From the IMG/VR virus record IMGVR_UViG_3300010160_000025, positions 1-64,000 of that record: a stretch of 64,000 nt of DNA. The stretch is one strand, 5' to 3'. Made by a program: the position numbers and the translations under genes. Origin of the DNA: a virus. The notes beneath the pieces are model-generated. The model did not search any database and was not told the DNA's origin. It saw nothing but the letters and a program-made list of their open reading frames with translations. Shown in pieces: positions 1-12,100 of the stretch; position 1 is the first letter of the stretch; each line of letters starts with the position of its first letter.

Positions 1-3000
1 CATATCTGGCGAAGTAGAAGTATGAAAATTTGCAACGTTTCCAGAGCCTAATCCCCATCCGCCACTTTGCGATACAACGTCATATAGATAATATTGTCCT
101 GCTTGTATGTGTATTGCTGATTGTGATTTTACTGTTGACCCAGTACCAGTAATAACAGTTGGTAATGTTAAATCACCCGTTGTGTCAAAGGTCCAATGAT
201 TGGCATTTACTGTGGCAACAACAACATTACCACCATGATCAATCTTGACAAATTGATCGTCATTGCCTAGATACAGGTCAGTGGTGCCACCGCCTGCGGT
301 CAAGTGTATGTGATCACCTTCGCCTTCAGCAGTTGGATAAATTAGCAATGCTTGATAAACGTTGGCTCCGCCTGCGGGTGTAATTCGAATAGCACCACTA
401 ATGCCACCGCCTTCTGCAATAGTGCCACCAGCTGGTAGTTGTAAAGAACCATCTGTGCCAAAGGTCCATTGATAATCTGGAACCGGCGGCCCTCCAGCAA
501 CTGCACCTGCTTGTATTACCACACCAGTATTGCCATCTGCTGTTATAGCTGAAATCTGTGTTGGGTTGGAAACACTGTCTGTCCACGCGATGCTTGAGCT
601 CCCATCAGCTCCAATTGACCCAAACCCTCCGCTATTTATTATGCTGGTAGTTCCAGGCAATCCACCAGGCAATGTTAGTTTACCATCTGGTTTGAACTGC
701 CATAAGTAATCGCCTACTTCAATATTAACAACACTTGCGTTCAATGCTGCCTGCCAAGCATACCACGCATCTCTTGCGTTCTTAGCTTTAACAACAAGGT
801 CTGCTGGAGGCTGATTAAATGGTGTCCCTAGATACTCTGTTAATTCTTCATAAGTTAGCGGACTACTTATTGGTAGTGTGCAACCCCACGGATATCCAGA
901 ACTATACTCATTTGCTTGCCAGACTTCTTCTAGTATCAGCTGTTCTACCTGATATCGAGCATCCAGACCTGCTATGTCAAGTCCGGTTATAAAATTTAAA
1001 GCCTTCTCCGATTCTAAATTTAAGTTGTTGACGCTGTGTAGCACATCAGTGCCAGTAGGGTCATTAGAGGCAAATGTTGCTCCTGTTCCATTGGGGGCTG
1101 GGAATGTTAACTTACCATCTGAGCCAAATGTCCAGCCTTGTGAATTGTCCACATCGGTCATTATCACTATGTCAGCATTGTCTGATTTGAGTGAGAATGC
1201 ACCCCAGGTTTGTGTTCTAATAATACTAGAGTCTGGCAACTTTGTTGTGCCATCGTCGTCAAATGTCCAAATATTATTTTGAGTTGAAAGTTCAGGAAAG
1301 TTAATACTAACAATGCCTGTTTGGTCTACTGGTATGGTTCCATCTATTCTACCACTATAGCGTTGTCTAGAAAATTGATCGGATTGACCTGCCGCTGTAA
1401 ACAGTTGACTTAATACACTATTAAATGTTTGATTACCAGAGGCAGTTGAATAGGTAACAATAACTGTTCTTCCCAAAGCTAGATTAGTTAATAAAACATA
1501 TATAGGAGCAGGAGCCACAAACAGATTAACTTCGATTTGCTGACTATTACGTTGACGCCATCCAGGGATAACACCAAATCCAATAACAGTTTGGTCGGTT
1601 GAAAACTCAAACCCAGAACCATTCCTTATGATATTATCAGTAGTTAAAGTTTTACTTGTTTGAATACCTAAATTAGAATCTGAGACTTGTGAAATTTTGT
1701 TATCTGGGAATGTTATTGTACCATCAGTGCCAAATGTCCATTTAGGTAATCGTGCAGTACCAGATACTGATACATTTGTAATCACATCATTAACTGTGGT
1801 AACACTTAATAGGCAGTCGTTGGCAGGAGAAGTACCGCCTAAGTCTACACCCGATATTGTATAAGTTGGATTAGTTCCGTTTTGTATAGCTGGAGGATAA
1901 ACACTGGCTGAATATGTCCCATCGTTGTTAACATTAACGATATTAATATAAAAATACCCAGCATAACCACTCAAGTGAACACCATTTACGCTACCATTGC
2001 CACTTGCAAAATAAACGTCGTCAAACGGACCATATGTAGCAGGTAATTTAGTTTGTATTGTTAATGGTGTATTAGATGTGGTAATAGCATTGTTAGGAAA
2101 TGAAGTTGTACCATCTCCGTCAAAGGCCCAACTGTATCCAGGAGGACCTCCAAAGATTTCAAATGCATGATCAGCGCCGCCAATTTTGATTTGACTGTTT
2201 GGTGCAACTGTAGTAGCAAAACTTCCAATGCGAAGTCCAAGATCGCCTTCCACAGCAATCTCACCATAGCTTTGTATTCTTAATATACCATCGGCACCAA
2301 ACTCCCAACCGTTCATTCCATTATCTGTCCAAATGGTTACAGGTTTATCTGCGTTAGAAGATAATAGAGGACCGCCATTTGAATCACCAAGCAAGCCATT
2401 CGGTAATGTTAAACTACCACCTGCTCCAAAAGTCCAACCGTGAGCAGTATCACCGTTGTAGGTATATATTAAAATATCTTTGTCAACAGCACCGTCTATG
2501 ATAAATGCACCTGGTCCGTCGGCAGTGCCAAGAAAGGTGCCTTGTGGGAATGTTAGTCCACCAGCATTATTAAAATGCCAAAGTTTTTGATCTGTATTAT
2601 ATTTTGTACCAATCCAAGCACCGTCGCCGTCTACCCACATCCATGAATCTTCATCACGACCTTGTGGTCCGGCAGTAATACCAGCATAGTTACCTGCTAC
2701 TGATTTTAGTGTAGCACCGTTGATTGTACTTTGATCCGGCAATACAACAACGCCACCATCAGTAACTTCTAATACAAAGTGATTGTTAAGTGCTAGGTTA
2801 GCGGGTCTATTGTATAGTTTGCTAGTGGTAATCTTTCCAGCATCTAATGTGTCGGTAAAGCCTTGGCCAAAGTCTGATATAGATAATCCACCACCTGTTC
2901 CACCGCCTAATACTGTAGTACCGTTGCTGTCTACAATATCACCACCTATTGGCAATGTTAACTTGCCATCTGTGTTAAAAGACCAACTTTTAACAGTGTT

Positions 3001-4080
3001 ACCATCACTAGATGAGATATACGCACCGCCATCGTTTGCTGTCCACATCCAACTGTTTCCATTTAGACTAGATAATCCTGCATAGCCGTCGTTTCCTGGA
3101 TTTGCCTGCAAATAAGTTCCGTCTTGACTGTCACCAATAACTTTACCTCCGGAGGGGAATGTCAAATCACCGCCTGTTCCAAAGAGCCAATCTTTTCGAC
3201 CACCTCCAGCATTTGCCGATAATCTCACTGCACTTTCTGCTGATGTTAAAATAATTTCATCGCCGATGGCAGAAATTTCGCCGCCCTGAACGCCAATATG
3301 CACTCCATCATCTGCTGGAAAGGTCACATATGGACCTGCTCCGCCCACATGCAATACTAACTCGTGAACACCGTTGATTAGTCTATCACCAGTGCCGCCT
3401 GCACCTAGCAAACTATCAACGTCTGTTAGTTGATTAACGTCAAGTGGAATAGAGGGTGTGTTAGTTAAATCTAAATAACTGCCTGAAAATAGAGTTGGTC
3501 TATGAACTAGGTCAAGATAGCTACCACTAAACAATGTTGGTCTGTTAGTTAAAGACAGATAACTGCCGTTAAACAGAGCAGGCTTGTTAGTTAGATCAGT
3601 CCATGATCCTGAAAATGTTGTGTATCCAGCATCATTAGTCAGCTGACTTGTCAGTGTTGGTATTGTAGGTTTATGTGATAACTGTCTATAATCGTTTGAT
3701 GTTGCTACTGCTGATAGTATGGGTTTGTTAAGGATTGAACTAGGACCACTGGCAGCTGACCAGTCTGATTGTACTGGATCGCCATTAGGTGTAGCAACTA
3801 CATCTCCGTTGACTGTTATTGCCCCTTGAACATTAACCGACAGCAGTTTATCACCAATATGTACACCTTCAGGGCTTAGCCATAAGGCATGCCAAGTACG
3901 ATCAATACCGCCTAGATCGTGTTCTCCGCTAGTTGCGGGTCTAACATTAGTCGCAATGTTAAGCAGATCAAGCCCTACATAAAGCTCGCTAAAGTTGTCA
4001 TTTATTTTGCCAAAAGCAACTCGTACAGTATCGCCGTCTCTACCGTTAGGAGTGCCCAGATTAATCAGTTGTTTTGCCAT
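1..4080 (-). CDS. Large repeat-rich tail/baseplate fibre protein (>1360 aa, C-terminus beyond window start); absent from ORF track
   Basis: ATG at 4080 with GAGG SD and late motif at 4109-4116. No in-frame stop seen in the stretches translated by hand (most of 1-4080). N-terminus MAKQLINLGTPNGRDGDTVRVAFGKINDNFSELY resembles the T4 gp9/gp10-type anchor motif. Contains FSGSYxDLxNxP and WxFxxDGxLxxP repeats. Confidence 0.85.
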   Translation of the reverse strand, partial: MAKQLINLGTPNGRDGDTVRVAFGKINDNFSELYVGLDLLNIATNVRPATSGEHDLGGIDRTWHALWLSPEGVHIGDKLLSVNVQGAITVNGDVVATPNGDPVQSDWSAASGPSSILNKPILSAVATSNDYRQLSHKPTIPTLTSQLTNDAGYTTFSGSWTDLTNKPALFNGSYLSLTNRPTLFSGSYLDLVHRPTLFSGSYLDLTNTPSIPLDVNQLTDVDSLLGAGGTGDRLINGVHELVLHVGGAGPYVTFPADDGVHIGVQGGEISAIGDEIILTSAESAVRLSANAGGGRKDWLFGTGGDLTFPSGGKVIGDSQDGTYLQANPGNDGYAGLSSLNGNSWMWTANDGGAYISSSDGNTVKSWSFNTDGKLTLPIGGDIVDSNGTTVLGGGTGGGLSISDFGQGFTDTLDAGKITTSKLYNRPANLALNNHFVLEVTDGGVVVLPDQSTINGATLKSVAGNYAGITAGPQGRDEDSWMWVDGDGAWIGTKYNTDQKLWHFNNAGGLTFPQGTFLGTADGPGAFIIDGAVDKDILIYTYNGDTAHGWTFGAGGSLTLPNGLLGDSNGGPLLSSNADKPVTIWTDNGMNGWEFGADGILRIQSYGEIAVEGDLGLRIGSFATTVAPNSQIKIGGADHAFEIFGGPPGYSWAFDGDGTTSFPNNAITTSNTPLTIQTKLPATYGPFDDVYFASGNGSVNGVHLSGYAGYFYINIVNVNNDGTYSASVYPPAIQNGTNPTYTISGVDLGGTSPANDCLLSVTTVNDVITNVSVSGTARLPKWTFGTDGTITFPDNKISQVSDSNLGIQTSKTLTTDNIIRNGSGFEFSTDQTVIGFGVIPGWRQRNSQQIEVNLFVAPAPIYVLLTNLALGRTVIVTYSTASGNQTFNSVLSQLFTAAGQSDQFSRQRYSGRIDGTIPVDQTGIVSINFPELSTQNNIWTFDDDGTTKLPDSSIIRTQTWGAFSLKSDNADIVIMTDVDNSQGWTFGSDGKLTFPAPNGTGATFASNDPTGTDVLHSVNNLNLESEKALNFITGLDIAGLDARYQVEQLILEEVWQANEYSSGYPWGCTLPISSPLTYEELTEYLGTPFNQPPADLVVKAKNARDAWYAWQAALNASVVNIEVGDYLWQFKPDGKLTLPGGLPGTTSIINSGGFGSIGADGSSSIAWTDSVSNPTQISAITADGNTGVVIQAGAVAGGPPVPDYQWTFGTDGSLQLPAGGTIAEGGGISGAIRITPAGGANVYQALLIYPTAEGEGDHIHLTAGGGTTDLYLGNDDQFVKIDHGGNVVVATVNANHWTFDTTGDLTLPTVITGTGSTVKSQSAIHIQAGQYYLYDVVSQSGGWGLGSGNVANFHTSTSPDM
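3448..3615 (-). repeat. Four tandem 42-nt/14-aa repeats in fibre gene
   Basis: Translated: FSGSWTDLTNKPAL / FNGSYLSLTNRPTL / FSGSYLDLVHRPTL / FSGSYLDLTNTPSI. Confidence 0.9.
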
Positions 4081-4108
4081 TTTATAGTAGCCTCATGCTC
4101 GTTACTAG

Positions 4109-4130
4109 TATTTATTGCATCCGATAAATA
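4109..4130. promoter_or_regulatory. Back-to-back T4-late-type promoters (AATAAATA on -, 4109-4116; GATAAATA on +, 4123-4130)
   Basis: Match to T4 gp55 consensus TATAAATA, lying in the 57-nt gap between divergent structural genes. Confidence 0.7.
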
Positions 4131-4137
4131 TAATACT

Positions 4138-5712
4138 ATGCCAAGACTAAGCCTTTACCGTCCCGAAAAAAGCAAAGATTACAAGTTCTTTGACCGCACT
4201 ATCTATGAAATGTTTCAAGTGGGCGGAGTAGAAGTCCATGTACACAAGTACATCGGGCCCGTAGATCCTACAGATCCATCAAAAGCACTTGGTGCTACAA
4301 CTATTCAAGATGTGCTGTTTTTAGAAAATCGTGATCGCAAATACGATCTAGACATCTATACACTTCGCGGACACTATCAAACACAAGACATTGACTTTAA
4401 CCTAAGTCAGTTTGGCCTATTCTTAACCAATGACACGGTGTTTATGACTGTGCATATTAACAACTCAGTGGATTTGTTAGGACGTAAGATCATGCCCGGT
4501 GACGTATTTGAACTACCCAATCTACGTGAAGAATACATACCCGATATCAATAACCTACGCAACTTTGCAGCCGCAATTAAAAAGTATTATGTAGTAGAAG
4601 AAATCAATCGTGCGGCAGAAGGATTCTCAGCCACATGGTATCCACACTTATATCGTATTAAACTAAAACCTATTACAGCAAGTCAAGAATACTCTGATAT
4701 TCTTAATCAGCCAGCAAATACAGATACCTATGCAGGTGCATTTGATCCTGATAAAACTTATTATCCAGGGCAAACTGTCATGTATAACGGACAAATTTAT
4801 ACAGTTATAAATGCTGTTGGTCCGCAAGGAACACAGCTAACGCCGCCAGATCCTGCCGCCTGGGCCGCAAGCACTGAAAATACACTCGGCGATCTAATGA
4901 GCACTTACAATATATCATTAGAAGTCAATGCGGCTGTGGTTGCAGAAGCAGAAAACGATGCTCCACTAAGTGGCTATGAAACTAGTCAGTATTATACACT
5001 AGCAGTTGATCCCCTAACTGGTCGCAGTTTACTAAACACCGTTGACGACACCGTTGACAGCGTGTCTGATATTGATGGCAATGTAAGTGATATTAATGCG
5101 CCTCCTATTAGGGATGGCTATAAAGGTTATCTAATAGACGACGGTGCGCCTCCTAACGGTCCACTAGCCAGTGATGCACAATTTGGTTTTGGTATACAAT
5201 TTCCCTTTGGTCCCGTTAAAGGCGATACTTTCTTGCGTACAGATTACTTGCCCAATAGACTGTTTTTATGGGACGGAAGTCGTTGGGTTAAACAGGAAGA
5301 TAACGTGCGAATGACCATGACCAACACTGACACACGTCAGACTCTCAAGACCAGCTTTATTAATAATACTGCTGTCAGTGGTATTGACAAAGCAGGTTGG
5401 GATACTCTTGTTGTTGGCAAACCGTTTGATACATCAAGCATTACTACAGTATTCACAGTTAATCCTAGTAGCGTTATTATTGTTACTAGCCTAGATTATA
5501 ATGCTAACTTTAGAGTTGAAGCCTGGTTAAACGAATCTAGCCAAGCACAGAATGTTACAAATCAGAATGTTAGCGGCAAGTTTGGATTTACTATTCCTGA
5601 AACAGTAGTAGAAGGTACAAGAATACGTTACACAGTATTTGCTAAATTTGTTGAACAGCGTCAAGCAGTCAGCAAAGCACTAAGAAAAATTAAACCCGAG
5701 GCGGATCTATAA
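4138..5712 (+). CDS. Neck/head-completion protein, T4 gp14-like, with inserted carbohydrate-binding-like module
   Basis: Likely start MPRLSLYRPEK at 4138, since the ORF-track extension overlaps the opposite gene. Motifs DVLFLENRDRKYD, LSQFGLF, PGDVFELP. Lies directly before the gp15-like gene. Confidence 0.65.
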   Translation: MPRLSLYRPEKSKDYKFFDRTIYEMFQVGGVEVHVHKYIGPVDPTDPSKALGATTIQDVLFLENRDRKYDLDIYTLRGHYQTQDIDFNLSQFGLFLTNDTVFMTVHINNSVDLLGRKIMPGDVFELPNLREEYIPDINNLRNFAAAIKKYYVVEEINRAAEGFSATWYPHLYRIKLKPITASQEYSDILNQPANTDTYAGAFDPDKTYYPGQTVMYNGQIYTVINAVGPQGTQLTPPDPAAWAASTENTLGDLMSTYNISLEVNAAVVAEAENDAPLSGYETSQYYTLAVDPLTGRSLLNTVDDTVDSVSDIDGNVSDINAPPIRDGYKGYLIDDGAPPNGPLASDAQFGFGIQFPFGPVKGDTFLRTDYLPNRLFLWDGSRWVKQEDNVRMTMTNTDTRQTLKTSFINNTAVSGIDKAGWDTLVVGKPFDTSSITTVFTVNPSSVIIVTSLDYNANFRVEAWLNESSQAQNVTNQNVSGKFGFTIPETVVEGTRIRYTVFAKFVEQRQAVSKALRKIKPEADL

Positions 5713-7058
5713 TGCAGTGGTTCTACGATGGACAAATCCGACGTTATGTTGGACAACTAATCCGCATGTTAAGCGGCTACAAATACCAAGACGGTACTGG
5801 TAAGCAAATCGTTGTGCCTGTGTTATATGGTGACATGAGTCGTCAAGTTGCTAGTATATTGAATAGCAACAGCGAAAATAAAATGCCAAGTGCTCCACGT
5901 ATTGCTGTTTATATTAGCAATGTACAACTAGATCGAACACGTCTTGCAGATGCTACACATATCAGCAAAGTGAATATTCGAGAGCGTGAAAAAATATACG
6001 ATAACACTGGCGCATTTATTGGTTACAGTCAAAATCAAGGTAGTGGTTATACCGTAGAACGCCTAATGCCTACGCCCTACAAGCTGACAGTTAAAGCAGA
6101 CATATGGTCAACTAACACAGATCAAAAACTACAAATCATGGAACAGATCATGATGATGTTTAATCCCAGTTTAGAAATACAGACTACAGATAACTATGTA
6201 GACTGGACTAGTTTGAGTGTGGTTGAACTTACTGACATTACATTTACTAGTCGTCAAGTTCCGCAGGGAACAGAAAGCGAAATAGACATTGGCACATTAA
6301 CATTAGAAACTCCTATCTGGATCAGTGCCCCAAGCAAGGTTAAACGTCTTGGTGTTATTCATGATATTGTAATGAACATACACGATAATGAATATACATT
6401 TGAAACACAAGAAACTGTGACAATTGGTGGATTTAATATATTTGTGTTCAATGAGGGCGGAAATTACTATGCAGAATTGCTAGATCCAAGCTCAGTTATA
6501 GAAGCATTGCCGGACATTGGCGATACGCTATGGAAAAAACACGGCAATGATTTAAACTGGCGTTTACTATTAGATCAGTATACTAATTTTAAAGCAGGAA
6601 GTAGTCAGTTGTTTTTAACGCAGCCTAACGGCAACGAAGTTATAGGCACAGTAGCACTTAATCCTGTAAATGAAACTAGACTAAGTATTACCTTTGATCG
6701 AGACACTTACAATACTAACACAGTTATTGCAGGTCCTGCACGTAATAGTGCCAACTGGGGTACTGTAGATGCTATAGTTAATCCTGAAACATATAATCCA
6801 GGAACTCCCTTAGAAGGCCAACGTGTGTTATTGTTAAATGATATACCTGAAAATACACCAGCATGGAATACGTTTACAGCAAGTGCTAATAGTATTGTAG
6901 AATTTGACGGCACTGTGTGGACTAAATTAGTGCCACCCGAGGGCATTGTCTATACTACAAACATTCGCACTGGCGTACAATACAAGTACGAAGACGGTGA
7001 GTGGACTCGTGCATTTGAAGGTGACTATTCAAAAGGATCCTGGCGCCTAGTAATCTAA
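5712..7058 (+). CDS. Tail sheath stabiliser/tail completion protein, T4 gp15-like, with C-terminal extension
   Basis: N-terminal FYDGQIRRY...VPVLYGD; MPTPYKLTVKADIW..DQKLQIMEQI...FNPS; TAATG coupling to upstream gene. Confidence 0.75.
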   Translation: MQWFYDGQIRRYVGQLIRMLSGYKYQDGTGKQIVVPVLYGDMSRQVASILNSNSENKMPSAPRIAVYISNVQLDRTRLADATHISKVNIREREKIYDNTGAFIGYSQNQGSGYTVERLMPTPYKLTVKADIWSTNTDQKLQIMEQIMMMFNPSLEIQTTDNYVDWTSLSVVELTDITFTSRQVPQGTESEIDIGTLTLETPIWISAPSKVKRLGVIHDIVMNIHDNEYTFETQETVTIGGFNIFVFNEGGNYYAELLDPSSVIEALPDIGDTLWKKHGNDLNWRLLLDQYTNFKAGSSQLFLTQPNGNEVIGTVALNPVNETRLSITFDRDTYNTNTVIAGPARNSANWGTVDAIVNPETYNPGTPLEGQRVLLLNDIPENTPAWNTFTASANSIVEFDGTVWTKLVPPEGIVYTTNIRTGVQYKYEDGEWTRAFEGDYSKGSWRLVI

Positions 7059-7066
7059 AATAAGTA
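7059..7066 (+). promoter_or_regulatory. Late-type promoter AATAAGTA, 5 nt before ATG 7072
   Basis: Variant of the NATAA(A/G)TA motif recurring at unit starts. Confidence 0.5.
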
Positions 7067-7071
7067 CATAC

Positions 7072-7506
7072 ATGTCAGAACAGATTGTATGTAGTGGCGC
7101 CTTATTTTACGCTAAATCAACTCGCAGATTTCTCCTGCTACAAAAAGCAGAAGGCAAACACGCGGGTACATGGGGCTTAGTTGGTGGCACTAACATAGAA
7201 GGCGAGTCTGCGTGGCAAGGCTTGCAGAGAGAAGTTGTCGAAGAAATAGGCACTATGCCTACTATTCTAAAAACAATTCCATTAGAAACTTTTGTATCTA
7301 ACGATACTATTTTTAACTTCCATACATACTTGTGCGTTATAGACTCTGAGTTTATTCCTACACTTAGCAACGAACACAAAGGTTGGGCATGGGCAACAAT
7401 GGATCATGCTCCAAAACCTCTACACCAAGGACTTCGTAACAGTTTTGGTAACAAGATTATTCGTACAAAACTACAAACAATCTTTGATATAGTAGATTTA
7501 ATCTAA
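7072..7506 (+). CDS. Nudix hydrolase
   Basis: Nudix box GGTNIEGESAWQGLQREVVEEIG. Confidence 0.9.
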   Translation: MSEQIVCSGALFYAKSTRRFLLLQKAEGKHAGTWGLVGGTNIEGESAWQGLQREVVEEIGTMPTILKTIPLETFVSNDTIFNFHTYLCVIDSEFIPTLSNEHKGWAWATMDHAPKPLHQGLRNSFGNKIIRTKLQTIFDIVDLI

Positions 7507-7507
7507 C

Positions 7508-8065
7508 ATGTCTCAAGTTATACAATCTTCAGTAAACTTAGCCGAGCATCATCGAACATTTATCGAAACACAAGTTCTCGGAAACTACTTTCCTTGGTAT
7601 TGGGTAGGCGGACAAACTGTAACAGTTCCTCCTTCGCCGGTTCCTACAGGACAAAACTCCCCATACTTTAGTCACACTCTCCTTCGCCGCCCTGAAGACA
7701 GAGACGGCACAGCTAGCGATCGTAGCAAATACTTAGAGCCATTTATTGAAATATTCCATCAGTGGAGTTTGGAAAACAATATTGCCTATTCTAAAATATT
7801 GCGAGCAAACTTAAATCTAAATCTAGTATCATTAGATGGGTTTACTGTGCCACATGTGGATCATGATTATCCCCATTCTAACTTTATCATGTACTTAGAT
7901 GATTGCCCAGATGCTGATACTATAGTTTTTTCTGATGATTTTACACAGTACGATTCGTACAAAGCTATAAAGTATACCGCAATAACATTTAATGCACAAT
8001 GGCATGCCCATAAATATCCCAAACCAGGAACACGCAGAACCGTGTTTGTTCTAACATATATATAA
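7508..8065 (+). CDS. 2OG-Fe(II) oxygenase-fold protein
   Basis: FPWY N-terminal motif, PHVD...WHA...RRTV (HxD..H..R). Confidence 0.75.
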   Translation: MSQVIQSSVNLAEHHRTFIETQVLGNYFPWYWVGGQTVTVPPSPVPTGQNSPYFSHTLLRRPEDRDGTASDRSKYLEPFIEIFHQWSLENNIAYSKILRANLNLNLVSLDGFTVPHVDHDYPHSNFIMYLDDCPDADTIVFSDDFTQYDSYKAIKYTAITFNAQWHAHKYPKPGTRRTVFVLTYI

Positions 8066-8066
8066 G

Positions 8067-8795
8067 ATGTTTAGTTTTTTTAAAAAATCGCCGATTGTTT
8101 TTGCATGTAGTATACCTGCGGTATTACATCGATACCCAGTTGAATTAGCATCTAAAGTAAAACGCAGTTGGATTAAATCTAGTGTGGCTGCTTATAAACA
8201 TCAAGTACAGGCTATTGGAAAAACTCAAAGTGTGGCAGGCACAGCAAAGTGTCCCGGATTACATAACATAATGGGAGAAGGTTATATTCTTCGGTCATGG
8301 TTTGACTTAACTGTACAAACTACTAACGACGAGTATTCTTTTAATTGCACATTTCCGGCAGGCATGTCCAGTGTCTGCAAAGACAATAACTTTAATGAAG
8401 AACTAATATCTTCATTTTCAGGCAAACAACCAAACTTAGCAGTTCCGGTCTCTAACGGTAGTATTAAATCGTTAATCAAGATCAATACCCCATGGGCTGT
8501 AAAGATTCCCAAGGGCTGGAGTATGTTAATGTTGCCAGTTAGTTACGGCGATGATACTCGATTTACAGCAAAGCCAGGTATATTTACTGAGGGCGAGTTT
8601 TATACTATTAACCCTATAATTGAATGGCATGTTAAAAACTCTGTAGAAAAAATAGAAGCAGGTACTCCGCTATTGCAGATGATTCCAATTCGATCAGAGA
8701 AGGCGGAAGCAACTATTCAACTGTTTGACAATAGTTTTTATTTAAATCAAAAATATGCTAATTACGAAACTAATCACAAAAATGTTAGGAGCTAG
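8067..8795 (+). CDS. Conserved phage protein, KCP / GTPL.Q.IP family (dUTPase-like fold suspected)
   Basis: TAKCPG..GYILRSWFD, INTPW, PG, IEAGTPLLQMIPI; paralogue of 21598 and 23804. Confidence 0.55.
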   Translation: MFSFFKKSPIVFACSIPAVLHRYPVELASKVKRSWIKSSVAAYKHQVQAIGKTQSVAGTAKCPGLHNIMGEGYILRSWFDLTVQTTNDEYSFNCTFPAGMSSVCKDNNFNEELISSFSGKQPNLAVPVSNGSIKSLIKINTPWAVKIPKGWSMLMLPVSYGDDTRFTAKPGIFTEGEFYTINPIIEWHVKNSVEKIEAGTPLLQMIPIRSEKAEATIQLFDNSFYLNQKYANYETNHKNVRS

Positions 8796-8797
8796 TT

Positions 8798-9346
8798 ATG
8801 ATATTACCAGTTAAAAATCTACTAGGCAGTAACAAACTAATACATCTGCAACAGCAAGTTCGTGCCGAAGGCTTAAACTGGTATTACCTTCCCTATATTG
8901 CTTCAAAGACTGATACTCGCAATGATTACTCTGGAAGTTTTGGCCACTTAATATATCAGCATCAGCAAGGTGCTATTAGTGCGCTATTTGAAGTTACAAA
9001 TCAAATATTATTAGATGCACTTGATGCACAAGGACAGCGACTAGAGAAGTTGTTTCGTATACGATTAGGAATGATTACTAGAGCTCCTTATAATAAAGTT
9101 CATGCACCACATATTGACAGTGACGGGCCGCATCGGACTGGTATATTTTATCCTTATGATTCGTCGGGTGACACCATTGTATACAACGAGCAAACAGTTA
9201 GCGATACATATACTGAACAGTTTAGACATAGCCCAACAGAGAATGTATGGTTTGATTTTGATGGGCGCACATTCCATAGTTCCTCTGCGCCCACTGAGCA
9301 CGAAACTAGATTAGTATTAACTTTTAATTATCTTATATATGAATAA
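8798..9346 (+). CDS. 2OG-Fe(II) oxygenase-fold protein
   Basis: RIRLG..PHID..GDT..FDG..FHSSS.P..RLVLTFN. Confidence 0.75.
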   Translation: MILPVKNLLGSNKLIHLQQQVRAEGLNWYYLPYIASKTDTRNDYSGSFGHLIYQHQQGAISALFEVTNQILLDALDAQGQRLEKLFRIRLGMITRAPYNKVHAPHIDSDGPHRTGIFYPYDSSGDTIVYNEQTVSDTYTEQFRHSPTENVWFDFDGRTFHSSSAPTEHETRLVLTFNYLIYE

Positions 9347-9989
9347 CCCCATAGTTGAATTAAATGTGTTAGAACAGACTAACATTTTAAGAATTAAATC
9401 TGCTTTTACAAAAGAACAGTGTTTAGAAATTACTAAACAAATTCTTGATTATAAAAACAATGCACCACTTGAGTTAGGAACTAATCAAAATGCTAATCCA
9501 GGTTGTTGGTTAGGTAGGCCGCATTTTCACGGTGGTTTTTCTCCTAATATAGAACAACTACTAATAGATACTTTCAAAGAATCCTGCGATTTATATTATC
9601 AATCAATGCCTAAGCCTGCTAATATTACTAGGCCTAACATAGATAGTATCGATGCAAATAGTTTAGAAGTATGGGCTTGGGCTAATGTCAACGAGCCAGG
9701 AGCAGAGAATAGGGAACATATGCATAATGGCGGATTCATCAGCGGTGTAGCTTATTTTCAAGCAGAAAATACCGGATACATAGAGTTCATGCCCTACAAC
9801 TACACATATAAAATGACACATCAAGCATGGCCCTATACTGGCGTATCGTATTACTACCCAGAAAACGGTGACATTATATTGTTTCCAAGTTTTCTGTTGC
9901 ATAAGATTGAAAGAAATCCCAGTGATAAGCAACGAGTCAATATGGCCTTTAACGCAACGATACCCGGAGTTGGCGGTCTTGCATATTAA
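9339..9989 (+). CDS. 2OG-Fe(II) oxygenase, TIGR02466-like (HxH)
   Basis: WANVN..EHMH..SGVAY..LFPSFLLHKI..RVNMAFN. Confidence 0.8.
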   Translation: MNNPIVELNVLEQTNILRIKSAFTKEQCLEITKQILDYKNNAPLELGTNQNANPGCWLGRPHFHGGFSPNIEQLLIDTFKESCDLYYQSMPKPANITRPNIDSIDANSLEVWAWANVNEPGAENREHMHNGGFISGVAYFQAENTGYIEFMPYNYTYKMTHQAWPYTGVSYYYPENGDIILFPSFLLHKIERNPSDKQRVNMAFNATIPGVGGLAY

Positions 9990-10026
9990 AACTAGTCCAA
10001 ATCTAACAAAATAGAATCTGCATTAC

Positions 10027-10034
10027 CTTAAATA
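10027..10034 (+). promoter_or_regulatory. Late-type promoter CTTAAATA upstream of groES
   Basis: TAAATA core 35 nt before ATG 10070, followed by AGGAG SD and flanked by an ATCTGC/GCAGAT inverted repeat. Confidence 0.45.
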
Positions 10035-10069
10035 AGCAGATAGGAATTTTAATCAAGATAGGAGAAAAA

Positions 10070-12038
<1,969 letters not shown>

Positions 12039-12049
12039 TAAACTGTAGT

Positions 12050-12085
12050 AATAAAAAAAGCAACCTTAGCGGTTGCTTTTTTATT
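12050..12085. terminator. Bidirectional intrinsic terminator between convergent groEL and tail-chaperone genes
   Basis: AATAAAAAAAGCAACC-TTAGC-GGTTGCTTTTTTATT. Confidence 0.9.
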
Positions 12086-12100
12086 GACTAAAAAGTCTCC

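Noticed and set aside
398-3085. Short ORF-track calls (398, 974, 2061, 2783)
   Set aside because: Antisense or out-of-frame shadows of the long minus-strand fibre ORF 1..4080
3919-4137. 73-aa N-terminal extension of the gp14-like ORF
   Set aside because: Overlaps the opposite-strand gene and both promoters; ATG 4138 fits better
9990-10069. CIRCE/heat-shock control of groESL
   Set aside because: No TTAGCACTC-N9-GAGTGCTAA; only a short ATCTGC/GCAGAT inverted repeat
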